Of a DNA stretch of 64,000 bases, positions 30,450 through 40,234 are shown in pieces. The DNA is taken from NCBI GenBank assembly GCA_007125155.1, contig SLDR01000010.1, positions 24,490-88,489 on the forward strand, given 5' to 3'. Each line of letters opens with the position of its first letter. The first letter of the stretch is position 1. Made by a program: the position numbers and the translations under genes. The DNA comes from Candidatus Campbellbacteria bacterium (GTDB taxonomy: Bacteria > Patescibacteriota > Minisyncoccia > Phycocordibacterales > CSBR16-193). Under the pieces are notes generated by a model that searched no databases, had not been told where the DNA came from, and worked only from the letters and a program-made list of their open reading frames with translations.

Positions 30450-33353
30450 TCACAATACGATGTTGATTATTCGGTTGGGAACATAAATGATTTTATTAAT
30501 TCTCTTATTTCCGCACCATTTTGAAAATACGGATGTCCTTTCCAGCTCCTTTATCGCTTCCTCCTTCGATGAATCCCTTGCTATCTCCATCTCGCCTCTT
30601 TTTTTGCCATTGATCTGTATCGCCACCTTTGTGCTCTCGTCCAAGGTCTTTTCGGGGTCATATGCGGGCCACTTGGATCTATGGATCGACGTCCTTTGAC
30701 CGAGGCCTTCCCAAAGCTCATCGGCAATATGCGGAGCGAAAGGAGCAAGCAAGGTAAGAATATCCCTCAGGTCTTTTTTTGATATTTTTTCTTTCGAATC
30801 CATGTGTTTTACAAGTATCATCAAAGAGGACACGGCCGTGTTGAACGAGAAGGACGATATGTCGTCCCCCACCTTCTTGATGGTCTTGTGTATGATGGAT
30901 TCCGTATCCCTATCCCTTATTTGGGAGGGGGATACCTTACCGGGAAGACGCCAGACCCGCTCCAGGAATCTGCGTGTCCCCATCAACCCGTTGATGCTCC
31001 ATGACACCTCTCCTTCAAAGGGCCCCATGAACATTTCATATAGACGCATAGAGTCGGCCCCGACATCGTTCACGACCTTATCCGGACTTATGACGTTGCC
31101 CCACCTCTTGCTCATTTTTCTTCCATCCGGACCGAGGATCAATCCCTGGTTCCTCAGTGCCTTAAAGGGCTCCTTCGTGGTTACGACCCCTTCTTTGTAC
31201 AGGAATTTATGCCAGAATCGAGAGTATATGAGGTGGCGTGTGGCGTGTTCTATCCCACCGACGTATAGATCCACCGGCATCCAATATTTTTCCTTATTGG
31301 GATGAACGGGGTATTTTTTGTTCTTGGGATCGATGTAACGAAGATAGTACCAGCATGATCCCGCCCATTGAGGCATGGTATTGGTTTCTCGTTTTGCGTT
31401 CTCATTACATTTGGGACATTTAGTTTTCACCCACGAGGTTATGTTGGCAAGGGGCGATTCCCCCGTTCCCGTGGGTTCATATGACCTTACTTCCGGAAGC
31501 CTGATCGGCAGTTCGTCTTCCGGGACCGGTACCACTCCGCATTTTTTGCAATGTATAAGAGGAATCGGTTCACCCCAGTATCTCTGTCTTGAAAAAACCC
31601 AGTCTTTAAGTTTGTACTTGGTCCTTATTTTTCCCCCGACTTTGTTATTGATGGACCTCTTGGCCACTTCGTTATCCATGCCCGAGAACTCGCCTGAATT
31701 ATCCAAGACCCCGGAGCCGGTGTATGCCATGTTGTCCCCTTTTTTCAGCCATTCAGTCCATATGTCCAGCTCGGCACATGTCATCAAATCAACCGTTTCA
31801 TCGAGTTTACCCCACATAATTTCATGTTTTTCATTTTCCTCCGGTGCGATCTTTTTACGCTTGTGGCTCTTTAGTTCAAGGTGGACCGCAGTAGTTAATG
31901 CTTTTCTGTTCTCATTCTTATGAGCCGCATAGTAGTGTGCCTCCACATAAAAAGGGGTGATTTTTTTGAATCCAAGATCAAAGTATCCTGTCTCCTCTTC
32001 CACTTCTCGCTTTGCCGCTTCGATAATGTCTTCATTTTCTCCCACTCCTCCGACAACAAATGTTATCCATTTGTGTTTCTTCCATCTCAAGAAAAGTGTC
32101 TTTCCCGAATCGGGGTCAGTGACTATGACATGGACCGTCTTTCTTTCGATCGTTCTTTTCTTCTCTTTGGGCGGATTACGTTCATCGATCCTTTTCGGAA
32201 AGACCACATATCGTATCGGGAGGTCCTTTTCTTTTGCGAAAGCATGATCTCGATCATCATGAGCGGGTACCGCCATGATGGCTCCCGTGCCGTAGTGCAT
32301 CATCACGTAATCGGCAACCCAAACCGGTATACTCTCGCCGTTGGCGGGATTCTTGGCCAATATGCCTTTGACCTCCACCCCTGTTTTCTTTTTTTCCTCG
32401 GTCGTTCTTTGCAGTTCGGTCTTCTTTGTCGCTTTTTTGATGTAGTTCCTGACTGCGGTCTTATTATCTATCGATGACCACATTTCTCCTATTATGGGAT
32501 GCTCGGGGGCGACCACCAGGTATGTTGCACCGAAGAGAGTATCGGGTCTTGTGGTAAATACCGATATGGAATACTCGGTATTATTTTCCGGAGCCGTTTT
32601 AGATCTTTCTCCGACCGGAGTCAGAAGAAAATCGATCTCGGATCCCTTACTTTTTCCTATCCAGTTCCTTTGTGAATCCTTTACGGATTCGGGCCAGTCG
32701 GAAAGACCATCGAGGTCATTCAATAACTCTTCGGCGTAGTCGGTTATCCTCAATACCCATTGGCGAAAAGGTCTCTGTTCGACCTCTGAACCACACCTTT
32801 CACAAAGACCTCCCTCAAGGTCCTCGTTTGCCAGACCCGTCTTGCAAGAAGGACACCAGTTTATGGGTTCATGTGATTCATATGCCAGACCGGCTTTGAA
32901 TATCCGTAAAAATATCCACTGCGTCCATTTATAATACTCGGGATCGGTCGTATTTATCTCTCTATCCCAGTCATAGGAGAGCCCCAGCTTCGATAGCTGT
33001 TTTCTGTAACGCCCAACATTCTTTTTAACCGCGGTTTTGGGATGTATCTTATTTTTAATGGCGAAGTTCTCGGCTGGCAGACCAAATGCGTCCCAACCCA
33101 TGGGGTGGAGTACATTGAACCCCTTCATCCTAAGATATCTGGAGTAGATGTCGGTTGCAATATAACCGCGAGGGTGGCCGACATGTATCCCTTCTCCCGA
33201 TGGATAAGGAAACATATCCAGAATATATTTTTTCTCTTTTCCTCCGGTGTGTTTTACGCGATAGAGTTTGTCTTTTTCCCAGCGTTTCTGCCATTTCCTT
33301 TCGATTCTGTTGTGGTCGTACTTTTTCATGGATCTCTGCTTTCGCTCTGTCAT
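30450..33353 (-). CDS. leuS: Leucine--tRNA ligase with an inserted NUDIX hydrolase domain
   Basis: MFPYPSG-HVGH, FTTRPDT, GTGAIMAVPAHD, SRQRYWG and KMSKR motifs; NUDIX box GGVGENEDIIEAAKREVEEETG. Confidence 0.97.
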   Translation of the reverse strand: MTERKQRSMKKYDHNRIERKWQKRWEKDKLYRVKHTGGKEKKYILDMFPYPSGEGIHVGHPRGYIATDIYSRYLRMKGFNVLHPMGWDAFGLPAENFAIKNKIHPKTAVKKNVGRYRKQLSKLGLSYDWDREINTTDPEYYKWTQWIFLRIFKAGLAYESHEPINWCPSCKTGLANEDLEGGLCERCGSEVEQRPFRQWVLRITDYAEELLNDLDGLSDWPESVKDSQRNWIGKSKGSEIDFLLTPVGERSKTAPENNTEYSISVFTTRPDTLFGATYLVVAPEHPIIGEMWSSIDNKTAVRNYIKKATKKTELQRTTEEKKKTGVEVKGILAKNPANGESIPVWVADYVMMHYGTGAIMAVPAHDDRDHAFAKEKDLPIRYVVFPKRIDERNPPKEKKRTIERKTVHVIVTDPDSGKTLFLRWKKHKWITFVVGGVGENEDIIEAAKREVEEETGYFDLGFKKITPFYVEAHYYAAHKNENRKALTTAVHLELKSHKRKKIAPEENEKHEIMWGKLDETVDLMTCAELDIWTEWLKKGDNMAYTGSGVLDNSGEFSGMDNEVAKRSINNKVGGKIRTKYKLKDWVFSRQRYWGEPIPLIHCKKCGVVPVPEDELPIRLPEVRSYEPTGTGESPLANITSWVKTKCPKCNENAKRETNTMPQWAGSCWYYLRYIDPKNKKYPVHPNKEKYWMPVDLYVGGIEHATRHLIYSRFWHKFLYKEGVVTTKEPFKALRNQGLILGPDGRKMSKRWGNVISPDKVVNDVGADSMRLYEMFMGPFEGEVSWSINGLMGTRRFLERVWRLPGKVSPSQIRDRDTESIIHKTIKKVGDDISSFSFNTAVSSLMILVKHMDSKEKISKKDLRDILTLLAPFAPHIADELWEGLGQRTSIHRSKWPAYDPEKTLDESTKVAIQINGKKRGEMEIARDSSKEEAIKELERTSVFSKWCGNKRINKIIYVPNRIINIVL

Positions 33354-33637
33354 TTATGTTAAACACTATACATCAATAAAGGACCTATTGGCAAACCCGG
33401 TCATTTTCACGATCATCCCGAATGTGCCACACCGGCAACGTTGCGTGTTCATTGTCGGTCAAGTTCGTTGTAGGACCTTGCTTTCGGACATTTAAGATGC
33501 GTACCGCCGTCTCCATTTTTTAGGGTCCCTTCCAGTCTGATGCACGGATCAGATGCCGGTGGACCGTTCTGAACCGCCAGGATCCCAAGGGGTTGACTAG
33601 AAGATATTATTATTATATATTTGCCTCATGAATATGT

Positions 33638-33649
33638 GTACTTTGAGAG
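33638..33649 (+). promoter_or_regulatory. boxA-like element GTACTTTGAGAG
   Basis: Follows the TTGACT-17-TATATT promoter (33593-33621). Confidence 0.45.
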
Positions 33650-33743
33650 TTACTTCCCGTCCATAGAAGGGAGTCGACGGTCACTTAAGTGGCGCTGGAA
33701 AATTTTTAAATGAAAGAAGAAGAAAGAGAAGGAGGTTAACAAT

Positions 33744-34349
33744 ATGGAAAGCAATGACCTGAGAGTTGTCAGAGCGGATAGTATGGATCTTTTCAAAAAA
33801 TCGGTGGCTTTACAAAAGTCGGTCTATTGTAATGAAAGGAGGTATGAGGACCCAAATGATCACATGGATCCTTATGCTTTTGATGATTATGATAGAGAGA
33901 GGCAAACCAGAAGAATTTTAATTATGGGTAAGGATGATATCCCTTTGGCTACGGCCAGGGTGATCATTCCCGGAAGTTTGAAGCTACCCGCATTTTCCTT
34001 GCAACCACAGATAGAGGAAAGTCTTTCGGATAAGATGCCGGTGGTTGAGTGTTCCGCCTTTTGTGCGTCGAGATCCGCATGCAAAGAAGCCGGGGTGTCC
34101 CAGAAAACGAGGAGAAAGATACTGCTGATGTTGATCGATTCCCTTTGTGGTTTGGCTGAGGAGATTGGTCTGGATCATTCGGTGATGACATTGGAGAAGG
34201 TGCTCTATGTTTATCTCCAAAGGTGCGGATTCAAACTGAAGGCCGAAGGTCAACCTGTTTATTATTTCGGCTGGCGTATCACCTGTTGGGGATCTAGAGA
34301 AGACATGGTATTTGGTGTAAAGAATGCTTCTTTGAGTAAGACTAATTGA
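33744..34349 (+). CDS. GNAT acyltransferase of the LuxI-like / FeeM / PEP-CTERM-associated type
   Basis: VYCNE...DDYD...ATARVI...LP...VVECSAFC...LQRCGF...GQPVYYFGWR; AGGAGG RBS; terminator at 34367-34398. Confidence 0.75.
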   Translation: MESNDLRVVRADSMDLFKKSVALQKSVYCNERRYEDPNDHMDPYAFDDYDRERQTRRILIMGKDDIPLATARVIIPGSLKLPAFSLQPQIEESLSDKMPVVECSAFCASRSACKEAGVSQKTRRKILLMLIDSLCGLAEEIGLDHSVMTLEKVLYVYLQRCGFKLKAEGQPVYYFGWRITCWGSREDMVFGVKNASLSKTN

Positions 34350-34401
34350 ACGGGTAAGTAACAATTAAAAGGCGTCCTTTTTACAAAGGGCGCTTTTATT
34401 T

Positions 34402-35100
34402 TTATAATGGTTTGACCCAATTCTCTCTTCCGGAGTAATAGCCACACTTTTCACAGTCGGAATTATATCCCAAAAAAGGCTCGTTCAGGAGTTCAACGAT
34501 ATCGGAGAGGGTTTTTTCCATGTCGATAGAACCTATGTCAACTCTGTCTACAAGACCTTCAAACTCTATTTTTATTTCCGGGTTACTTTTATCCTTTGGA
34601 AAGTAATGTAAAAGATACGCTCTGTCAGACACTTTATGTCCGGCTTTTCTAAACATGAATCCATAGCCGGCAAGTTGGTCGCGATAGTACTTTTGTTTGT
34701 CCTCTTTTGGCGGATTACCGGATGACTTGTAATCGGCCGGGATCAGTCGACCGTCATCTTCCATTAGGACATCATCGATCTTTCCTTGAAAGACGTAACC
34801 CCACTTCTCATTGATCACTCTCAATGGCGCCATGTTTTCCCTCCAATTATTCAAAAGATCAAGATCTTCAAATACTTTTATCTTCTCTTTTATGAGCCGG
34901 GAGGCCTCCGGCGGAAATGTACCTTTTAAACGATAACTGTCATATCTGCTCTTCAATATTTCGTCCATGGCCGAGTTGAGAAGAAGCGGAAGCATCGGCG
35001 CTCTCCTGTAGTGATTATCGACCCAGAAGCAGGCCGGACATTCTCTGAATCCATACAATCCACTCGGGCTCAACCTCCAAAGTCCTTCTTTGGTTCTCAT
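34402..35100 (-). CDS. PD-(D/E)xK nuclease family protein (RecB/Cas4-like)
   Basis: LSPS, CPACFW, GKIDD...DYKS, YRDQLAGY and C-terminal CEKC. Confidence 0.88.
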   Translation of the reverse strand: MRTKEGLWRLSPSGLYGFRECPACFWVDNHYRRAPMLPLLLNSAMDEILKSRYDSYRLKGTFPPEASRLIKEKIKVFEDLDLLNNWRENMAPLRVINEKWGYVFQGKIDDVLMEDDGRLIPADYKSSGNPPKEDKQKYYRDQLAGYGFMFRKAGHKVSDRAYLLHYFPKDKSNPEIKIEFEGLVDRVDIGSIDMEKTLSDIVELLNEPFLGYNSDCEKCGYYSGRENWVKPL

Positions 35101-35438
35101 ATTGATATCAGGTTAACATTTTTTAACTGACATCCGAAGGGCCGCTGTTTTAACGGGTCTTATCTTCATGTCTATTCATTGTTTTTGTCTCCGCCATGGT
35201 CTCCAAACCAAAGGTCGTTATGACAGCTTGTTTCCGAATAGCCTCACCATCATTTTTCATTTAGTTTATCTCATTTCTTTTCAGTCAATCAATTTCCGAT
35301 ATCTCTATAACATCAGGGCCGACCCTATGAACCGAACTGTTTCTTTCATGTATCCGGTTTACGGGTACGGTTTGACCACGTTAAATTCTCGTAGAAGATG
35401 CCCCTAAAGACAAAAAATGATCGTGTAGCGGGCGATCT

Positions 35439-35960
35439 CTAGATGTTCCGTGGATCATATGCCCAATGAAGAATGGTTTGTCGTTGTTTGGGCCGACAGG
35501 AAAGATCGCCCGGGGTGCAGTTCTTTGCCAGCTGAGCGATATGTCTTCTGATCTGTTTCCATCTTCTGATCTGCCTCTCATCCTCGTCTTTCAGACGTCG
35601 TCCGCGGTAATATCTACAGTACCACTGGAACCAACCCCGAGGATCATACTTTTCGTTTATCCAACCTTTTTTCCTCCAGTAGGAAAGCGATTTGCCGGCA
35701 TTTACCTTGAAATAGTTAAGTTTAGGGTCATGTCTGTCGGAACAGAGCTTGGCCTCCGTGAACCAGTCTCTCGGAAACTCAGCTTTACAATCGGTCATAT
35801 ACTTACCACCGAAAACCCCCATTTTTAGCATTTCTTTGGGCGTCAGATCCGGGTCGAATTCCGGATCGAAATTTTTACCTTCCGGCTCCGTAAGATCATA
35901 GGAATGATCCGTCTGCATGAGGTCGTTTACCACTATCCTTAAAGGTCTTTTTTTATGCAT
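35439..35960 (-). CDS. Conserved hypothetical protein
   Basis: PDLTPKEMLKMGVFGGKY, DPRGWFQWYCRYYRGRR and RQTILHWAYD motifs of a widespread uncharacterised family. Confidence 0.85.
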   Translation of the reverse strand: MHKKRPLRIVVNDLMQTDHSYDLTEPEGKNFDPEFDPDLTPKEMLKMGVFGGKYMTDCKAEFPRDWFTEAKLCSDRHDPKLNYFKVNAGKSLSYWRKKGWINEKYDPRGWFQWYCRYYRGRRLKDEDERQIRRWKQIRRHIAQLAKNCTPGDLSCRPKQRQTILHWAYDPRNI

Positions 35961-36399
35961 AGTGGAGTATGTAGTGGATCAAAAGTCCTAGTGATCCCCA
36001 CCAGCCGATAAAGGAGATAATAAAGCTCAGCGAGATAGATCTTTGCATTTTTTCGTCTAAAAGTTCACGCGCTCTCCCATCCTTCTCTCGTTCTATGAGT
36101 ATGGGGCTTATATGTAGCGATAGATAAAGACCGTTGGCCAGCAGTATCGGGATCATTGTCGCGTGTATCGCGGTTATCCAGTTTACGGGATTTTGAGTGT
36201 AGAAGATGATCCCTCCCAAAACCGCCAGGAACATACCGGTCCATATAAGAGGCTTGGTGACTTTGTGTGTTCTAATGGTGGCTTCCGTCCAATAACTCGA
36301 TCTTCGTCCCAGAAGGCCGTGAAGATCTATTACCGTTACGGCTCCGAGTCCGATGATAAAACCCGATATAAAAATAAATAGTCCAATAAATTCAAACAT
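35953..36399 (-). CDS. Hypothetical membrane protein (4 TM)
   Basis: Hydrophobic helices; operonic with xseB. Confidence 0.8.
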   Translation of the reverse strand: MFEFIGLFIFISGFIIGLGAVTVIDLHGLLGRRSSYWTEATIRTHKVTKPLIWTGMFLAVLGGIIFYTQNPVNWITAIHATMIPILLANGLYLSLHISPILIEREKDGRARELLDEKMQRSISLSFIISFIGWWGSLGLLIHYILHYA

Positions 36400-36406
36400 T
36401 TTAATT

Positions 36407-36631
36407 TTATTGATCTTTTAGATCTTTCTCAATGTCCGCCTTTATTTCCTCAAACTCATTCTCGATCTCTTTTAGCCGAGCCGAACTTCTCTTGGTCAAG
36501 GTGGCCGCTTCTTTTACCTTTTTAAGACCTTCTTCCACATCTATTTCATTTTGATTTTCGAACCATTCGGCTATTTCCGAAAGCTTGTTAAGGTCTTTGC
36601 TCAGACCGGACCTTTGATCTTTTTTTGGCAT
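36407..36631 (-). CDS. xseB: Exodeoxyribonuclease VII small subunit
   Basis: LSEIAEWFE...DVEEGLKK coiled coil; directly after xseA. Confidence 0.9.
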   Translation of the reverse strand: MPKKDQRSGLSKDLNKLSEIAEWFENQNEIDVEEGLKKVKEAATLTKRSSARLKEIENEFEEIKADIEKDLKDQ

Positions 36632-36635
36632 ATCT

Positions 36636-37946
36636 TTATTTTATTTCTTTTATCTCTGATATTATATCACCATCTGAGAGCATTACATCCATCCTCTCCC
36701 CTCTCTTCAATCCCGACTTGCTCTTTATGATCCGGCCTCTAACTCGAGCTATGGCATACCCCAGTTTAAGTTGCCTTTCCGGGTTATTGGCGGAAACTAT
36801 TCTGTTCAGATCTTTATTTTTATTCAAGCACATGCGCAATGCCCTTGAATAACAGTCGGTGATCATCTTAGAATTTTCCGAAACTTTTAATAGACCTTCT
36901 TTTACGGCATTGACCATCTTCGCTCCGGTTTGGTCTTTTTTGATAATGATCTCTTCCCTCAGCTCAAAAAGTCGCCTTTCTATCAGATTGAGTGCTTGAA
37001 TTATCCTTGCCTTGTTTCTGTTGTTTTTTTCTATCATTGCAGTCAGGACACCCTTGCTTCTTGTAAAGGTTCGATTGATGAGGTCGGATCTTTCTCTGAT
37101 CCCGTTCTCGTACCCTTCCAATACTTTTCTCGCCGATCCCTCCAGCGTGTGCCGGGCCTCATTCCAAGGTTCGTTCAAAATGGAAGCAACCAACGATGGC
37201 GTTGATCTGGCCATATCGGCCGCCATGGATGCCAACGGAACATCCATATGGTGACCCACACCGGCTATTACCGGCTTTGGAAATGAAACTATTTCCCGAA
37301 CCAGCGCCTCATTATCGAATCCCGCAAGTGACTGCATGGATCCACCGCCTCTCATTATGACCAAAATATCGACATCTTCGATCTTGAATCGTCTGACCGC
37401 AAGAGTTAACGACGGTCCTGAACCCGGGCCTTCAACCGGACAGTGAAGTACCTTTATTTTGAATCCGGATCTTCTCAGATTATTGGTGAAGTCATGAATG
37501 ACCTCACCTCTTGTAGAAGTAATTATTCCTATTCGTTGAGGAAAGTCCGGGATGGCTCTTTTTCTTGATCCTTCGAACAAGCCCTCTTCAGAGAGTTTCT
37601 TCTTAAGCTTCTCGTAGGCGATCTTGAGTTGACCTTCACCGACAAGTTCGACCGTCTTAGCATGGAAAGATAATCTTCCGAAGGGGCCGTAGAATTCCGG
37701 ATAGCCTTTGACCAGAACCTCCATTCCGACCTCAAGTTCCAGTCCGCTCAACACATAGTCGCTTCCCCAAATCGTACACGGCAGTATATCACCGGTCTCC
37801 TTATCCTTAAGGACCGGATAGACATGTCCCTTTACGGACATTTTAAGCTCGCTTATCTCCCCTACAACATTAAGACCGGGCGTATTAATGCGCGAGTTTA
37901 GAAAGGATATGAATTCGGTTACGGTGTAGTATTCATTCTCCATCAT
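36636..37946 (-). CDS. xseA: Exodeoxyribonuclease VII large subunit
   Basis: VGEISE, GHVYPVLKD, RGGGS, GVGH, TPS and LGYAI motifs. Confidence 0.95.
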   Translation of the reverse strand: MMENEYYTVTEFISFLNSRINTPGLNVVGEISELKMSVKGHVYPVLKDKETGDILPCTIWGSDYVLSGLELEVGMEVLVKGYPEFYGPFGRLSFHAKTVELVGEGQLKIAYEKLKKKLSEEGLFEGSRKRAIPDFPQRIGIITSTRGEVIHDFTNNLRRSGFKIKVLHCPVEGPGSGPSLTLAVRRFKIEDVDILVIMRGGGSMQSLAGFDNEALVREIVSFPKPVIAGVGHHMDVPLASMAADMARSTPSLVASILNEPWNEARHTLEGSARKVLEGYENGIRERSDLINRTFTRSKGVLTAMIEKNNRNKARIIQALNLIERRLFELREEIIIKKDQTGAKMVNAVKEGLLKVSENSKMITDCYSRALRMCLNKNKDLNRIVSANNPERQLKLGYAIARVRGRIIKSKSGLKRGERMDVMLSDGDIISEIKEIK

Positions 37947-37965
37947 TTTTGATGACCATCTATAT

Positions 37966-38400
37966 TCATACTTCCTTTATCTCGAATTCATCCTCGCTAC
38001 CTTCTTTGAGGTATGCAAAATAAGTCTTCACCTCCACTTCGGAAAAGTTATCCATGACAATATCTCCGGCTTCCTTGAGATCTCGTATGTGCTGTTCCAA
38101 TTCGGACTCTTTGTCGGTAAAGTTCATTCCGGAGTAAGCACCGCAGTCTTGGTGATTAACAAGATATATGACCGAGCATTTATGTAGCTTTGCTGACACA
38201 TCCGAATCTCTAAGAAGGCAGTTTCGATAACCTTGTTCTTTCGGTCTTACAAGATCTTGTATCCCCCCTCCCCGAGTTATAAGGTCGCAGTCGATGTTCT
38301 GCTTTTTTATAAAATCGGCAATGTAGTTTCTGCCGTCCATTCTCTGATGGAGTCGAAAATCTTCACAAGTTATCACCGCTCCTTCGCATTTGTGTGACAT
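37966..38400 (-). CDS. Putative beta-type carbonic anhydrase
   Basis: CEDFR and HQDCGAY zinc-ligand motifs. Confidence 0.8.
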   Translation of the reverse strand: MSHKCEGAVITCEDFRLHQRMDGRNYIADFIKKQNIDCDLITRGGGIQDLVRPKEQGYRNCLLRDSDVSAKLHKCSVIYLVNHQDCGAYSGMNFTDKESELEQHIRDLKEAGDIVMDNFSEVEVKTYFAYLKEGSEDEFEIKEV

Positions 38401-38693
38401 GGTATTATGTTTTACTAATTATAATTTTTATGGATAAAAATCCTATTTAACCTCTATATTGATCTCATTCGGAAGGCTTTTACCAAGTTCGACTGACTTA
38501 CCCTCTTCATCATTTTCCGAATGCCGGTTCTCCGTTACAGGCACCGTCAAACTCCTTCGAACACCTTATCTTTGGAGGTTGCAGCAGTACCCTTTCACTC
38601 TTGACCGATCAGTGAGTTCTTGTTCGCCGAACGGGATCGACATCTCACTGATCACACGCCGACACTTCCGGGAAGGTCAATTTGGTTCAATTT

Positions 38694-39410
38694 TTATTCC
38701 AAAAACTTTAAGGTTTCAACTTCAACTCCTTCATCCTTTATCTTTCCTTTGATCTCAACCTTTGCTCCCACCTCAAATCTGTCCGAGTCGCAGATACCGG
38801 TTTCTCCTCCGGCGACGCAGGTGCTTTTATTCGTGAAAACAAGTGGTTCATTCAAAGCCGGCTCACCCGGTCTTTCATAGAGCAAGTGCCACACCCCATC
38901 GGGATACCCCGGATTATCCCGGGTTATGTTTCCGATCTCTCGGAATTCGCCTCCGATCCTTTTTTCAACCGAGTCGACCTTCCATTTTCCATCCTCCTTT
39001 ACCATATTGATGCTTTTGTACGCAGATCCTCCGGAATAATCCAGCTTCACTTTCAGAACTGCGGAATCATCACCTTCGAGCAGGACCTCTTCTATATCAA
39101 AACCTCGATCGGGAACATCTTGGACCCCGAAAAAAAGTGCGATATCTCTTTCTGGTGAGTCGTCACCGATCTCATTTAGGGCTTTGTTGGATAGTTTACT
39201 CATAACCCTTTCTTTGGCCTCAAGATCTTCCGACGGCGGAGCCATTGCGATAAAGTCGTTAACAAAAGAGGTGCCGGCCTCCCTGACAGCCAACTCTTCA
39301 GGCGATGCTTCCACCACATGATCCATATCTTCTCTTTCACCCAGGAATATGAAGATCAAAAGAAGGAACACGAAAAGTACCGCTGTGAACCATACGAAAT
39401 TTTTATTCAT
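38694..39410 (-). CDS. Membrane-anchored hypothetical protein
   Basis: N-terminal TM helix, an NTF2-like segment (EDGKWKVD) and a C-terminal OB-like segment. Confidence 0.75.
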   Translation of the reverse strand: MNKNFVWFTAVLFVFLLLIFIFLGEREDMDHVVEASPEELAVREAGTSFVNDFIAMAPPSEDLEAKERVMSKLSNKALNEIGDDSPERDIALFFGVQDVPDRGFDIEEVLLEGDDSAVLKVKLDYSGGSAYKSINMVKEDGKWKVDSVEKRIGGEFREIGNITRDNPGYPDGVWHLLYERPGEPALNEPLVFTNKSTCVAGGETGICDSDRFEVGAKVEIKGKIKDEGVEVETLKFLE

Positions 39411-39602
39411 TTTTTAGTTATTATTAACTTTTAAATTATTTATTTTGACCTGTTGGTCTTTATGTAATCATGTAACGGTTCATTTATCAATAGAAGGTGA
39501 AAGACCTTACTTCAATAATGCCGGTAGGCAATTTGACCATTTCCGTTATAAGTGGTATATATTCAAAAGTGATCTGAATGTGTATTAAAAATACGTTTAT
39601 CC

Positions 39603-39614
39603 GTTCTTTAACAA
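39603..39614 (+). promoter_or_regulatory. boxA-like element GTTCTTTAACAA
   Basis: One mismatch from E. coli rrn boxA GCTCTTTAACAA; lies between TTGACC-17-TATATA (39533-39561) and an AGGAGG RBS. Confidence 0.65.
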
Positions 39615-39635
39615 ACAAAGACCAAGGAGGTTATC

Positions 39636-40025
39636 GTGACAGCCATTATAAAAACCTATATTCAATTTTTCTTTACAGGTCATTGTTTATTAAAATATTC
39701 CATACAGGAGGTTGAAGAAAGAGAGCTGCCTTATGACATCTTGATCCCTATAAACGCTTACGGTTACAGGTTCTTTGACGTCATCGTCATACCTTATTCT
39801 TATAATGGCCTAAACCTGACGTGTAAAAGTGAAAGATTCGATTTCTCGGCAAATTACTATTTCAGTGACAGGATCTACACGATAGACGAATTCAGGAAAT
39901 TTTTCCCAAAGGAGGAGCAAATGATAAAAATAGCCTCATTGGTCGGTTGTGGAAGGATCGCACGATGCAGTCCCGGAAATTTCGTACCCATTGGGATCGA
40001 TGATGAGATAGTTGAACCGATTTGA
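39636..40025 (+). CDS. Hypothetical protein (129 aa)
   Basis: Own promoter, AGGAGG RBS and terminator (40056-40080). Confidence 0.8.
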   Translation: MTAIIKTYIQFFFTGHCLLKYSIQEVEERELPYDILIPINAYGYRFFDVIVIPYSYNGLNLTCKSERFDFSANYYFSDRIYTIDEFRKFFPKEEQMIKIASLVGCGRIARCSPGNFVPIGIDDEIVEPI

Positions 40026-40055
40026 ATTGTTGCGCCCTTACTCGAAGTTAGCTTG

Positions 40056-40080
40056 AAGCCCCTCTTCAATGAGGGGCTTT
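40056..40080 (+). terminator. Intrinsic terminator
   Basis: AAGCCCCTC-TTCAAT-GAGGGGCTTT. Confidence 0.75.
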
Positions 40081-40139
40081 AGTATTATTTTTTGTACGCA
40101 TGTGCTTTATTTTTTTTAAAAATGTGTTATGATTTTTCA

Positions 40140-40193
40140 ATGGCGAAGAAAATGAACATTTTTTGGAGCCGAAAAAAGCTTAGAAAAGCATGA
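40140..40193 (+). CDS. Candidate leaderless 17-aa peptide MAKKMNIFWSRKKLRKA
   Basis: The ATG sits at the predicted +1 of an extended -10 TGtTATGAT (40125-40133); a terminator hairpin follows at 40196-40222. Confidence 0.35.
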   Translation: MAKKMNIFWSRKKLRKA

Positions 40194-40234
40194 GTGCCCA
40201 CTTTTTTAAAGGTGGGTTTTTTATATAGGAAGAA

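Noticed and set aside
33390-33590. Possible T-box leader for leuS
   Set aside because: No T-box consensus, and a likely leuS promoter (TTGCCA...TATAGT) lies right next to the start codon.
34402-35100. Cas4-like nuclease as part of a CRISPR system
   Set aside because: No array and no cas1 or cas2 in the window; solo PD-(D/E)xK nucleases are common.
35148-35260. Short minus-strand ORF of about 36 aa (MKNDGEAIRK...)
   Set aside because: No RBS or recognisable motif, so it cannot be supported.
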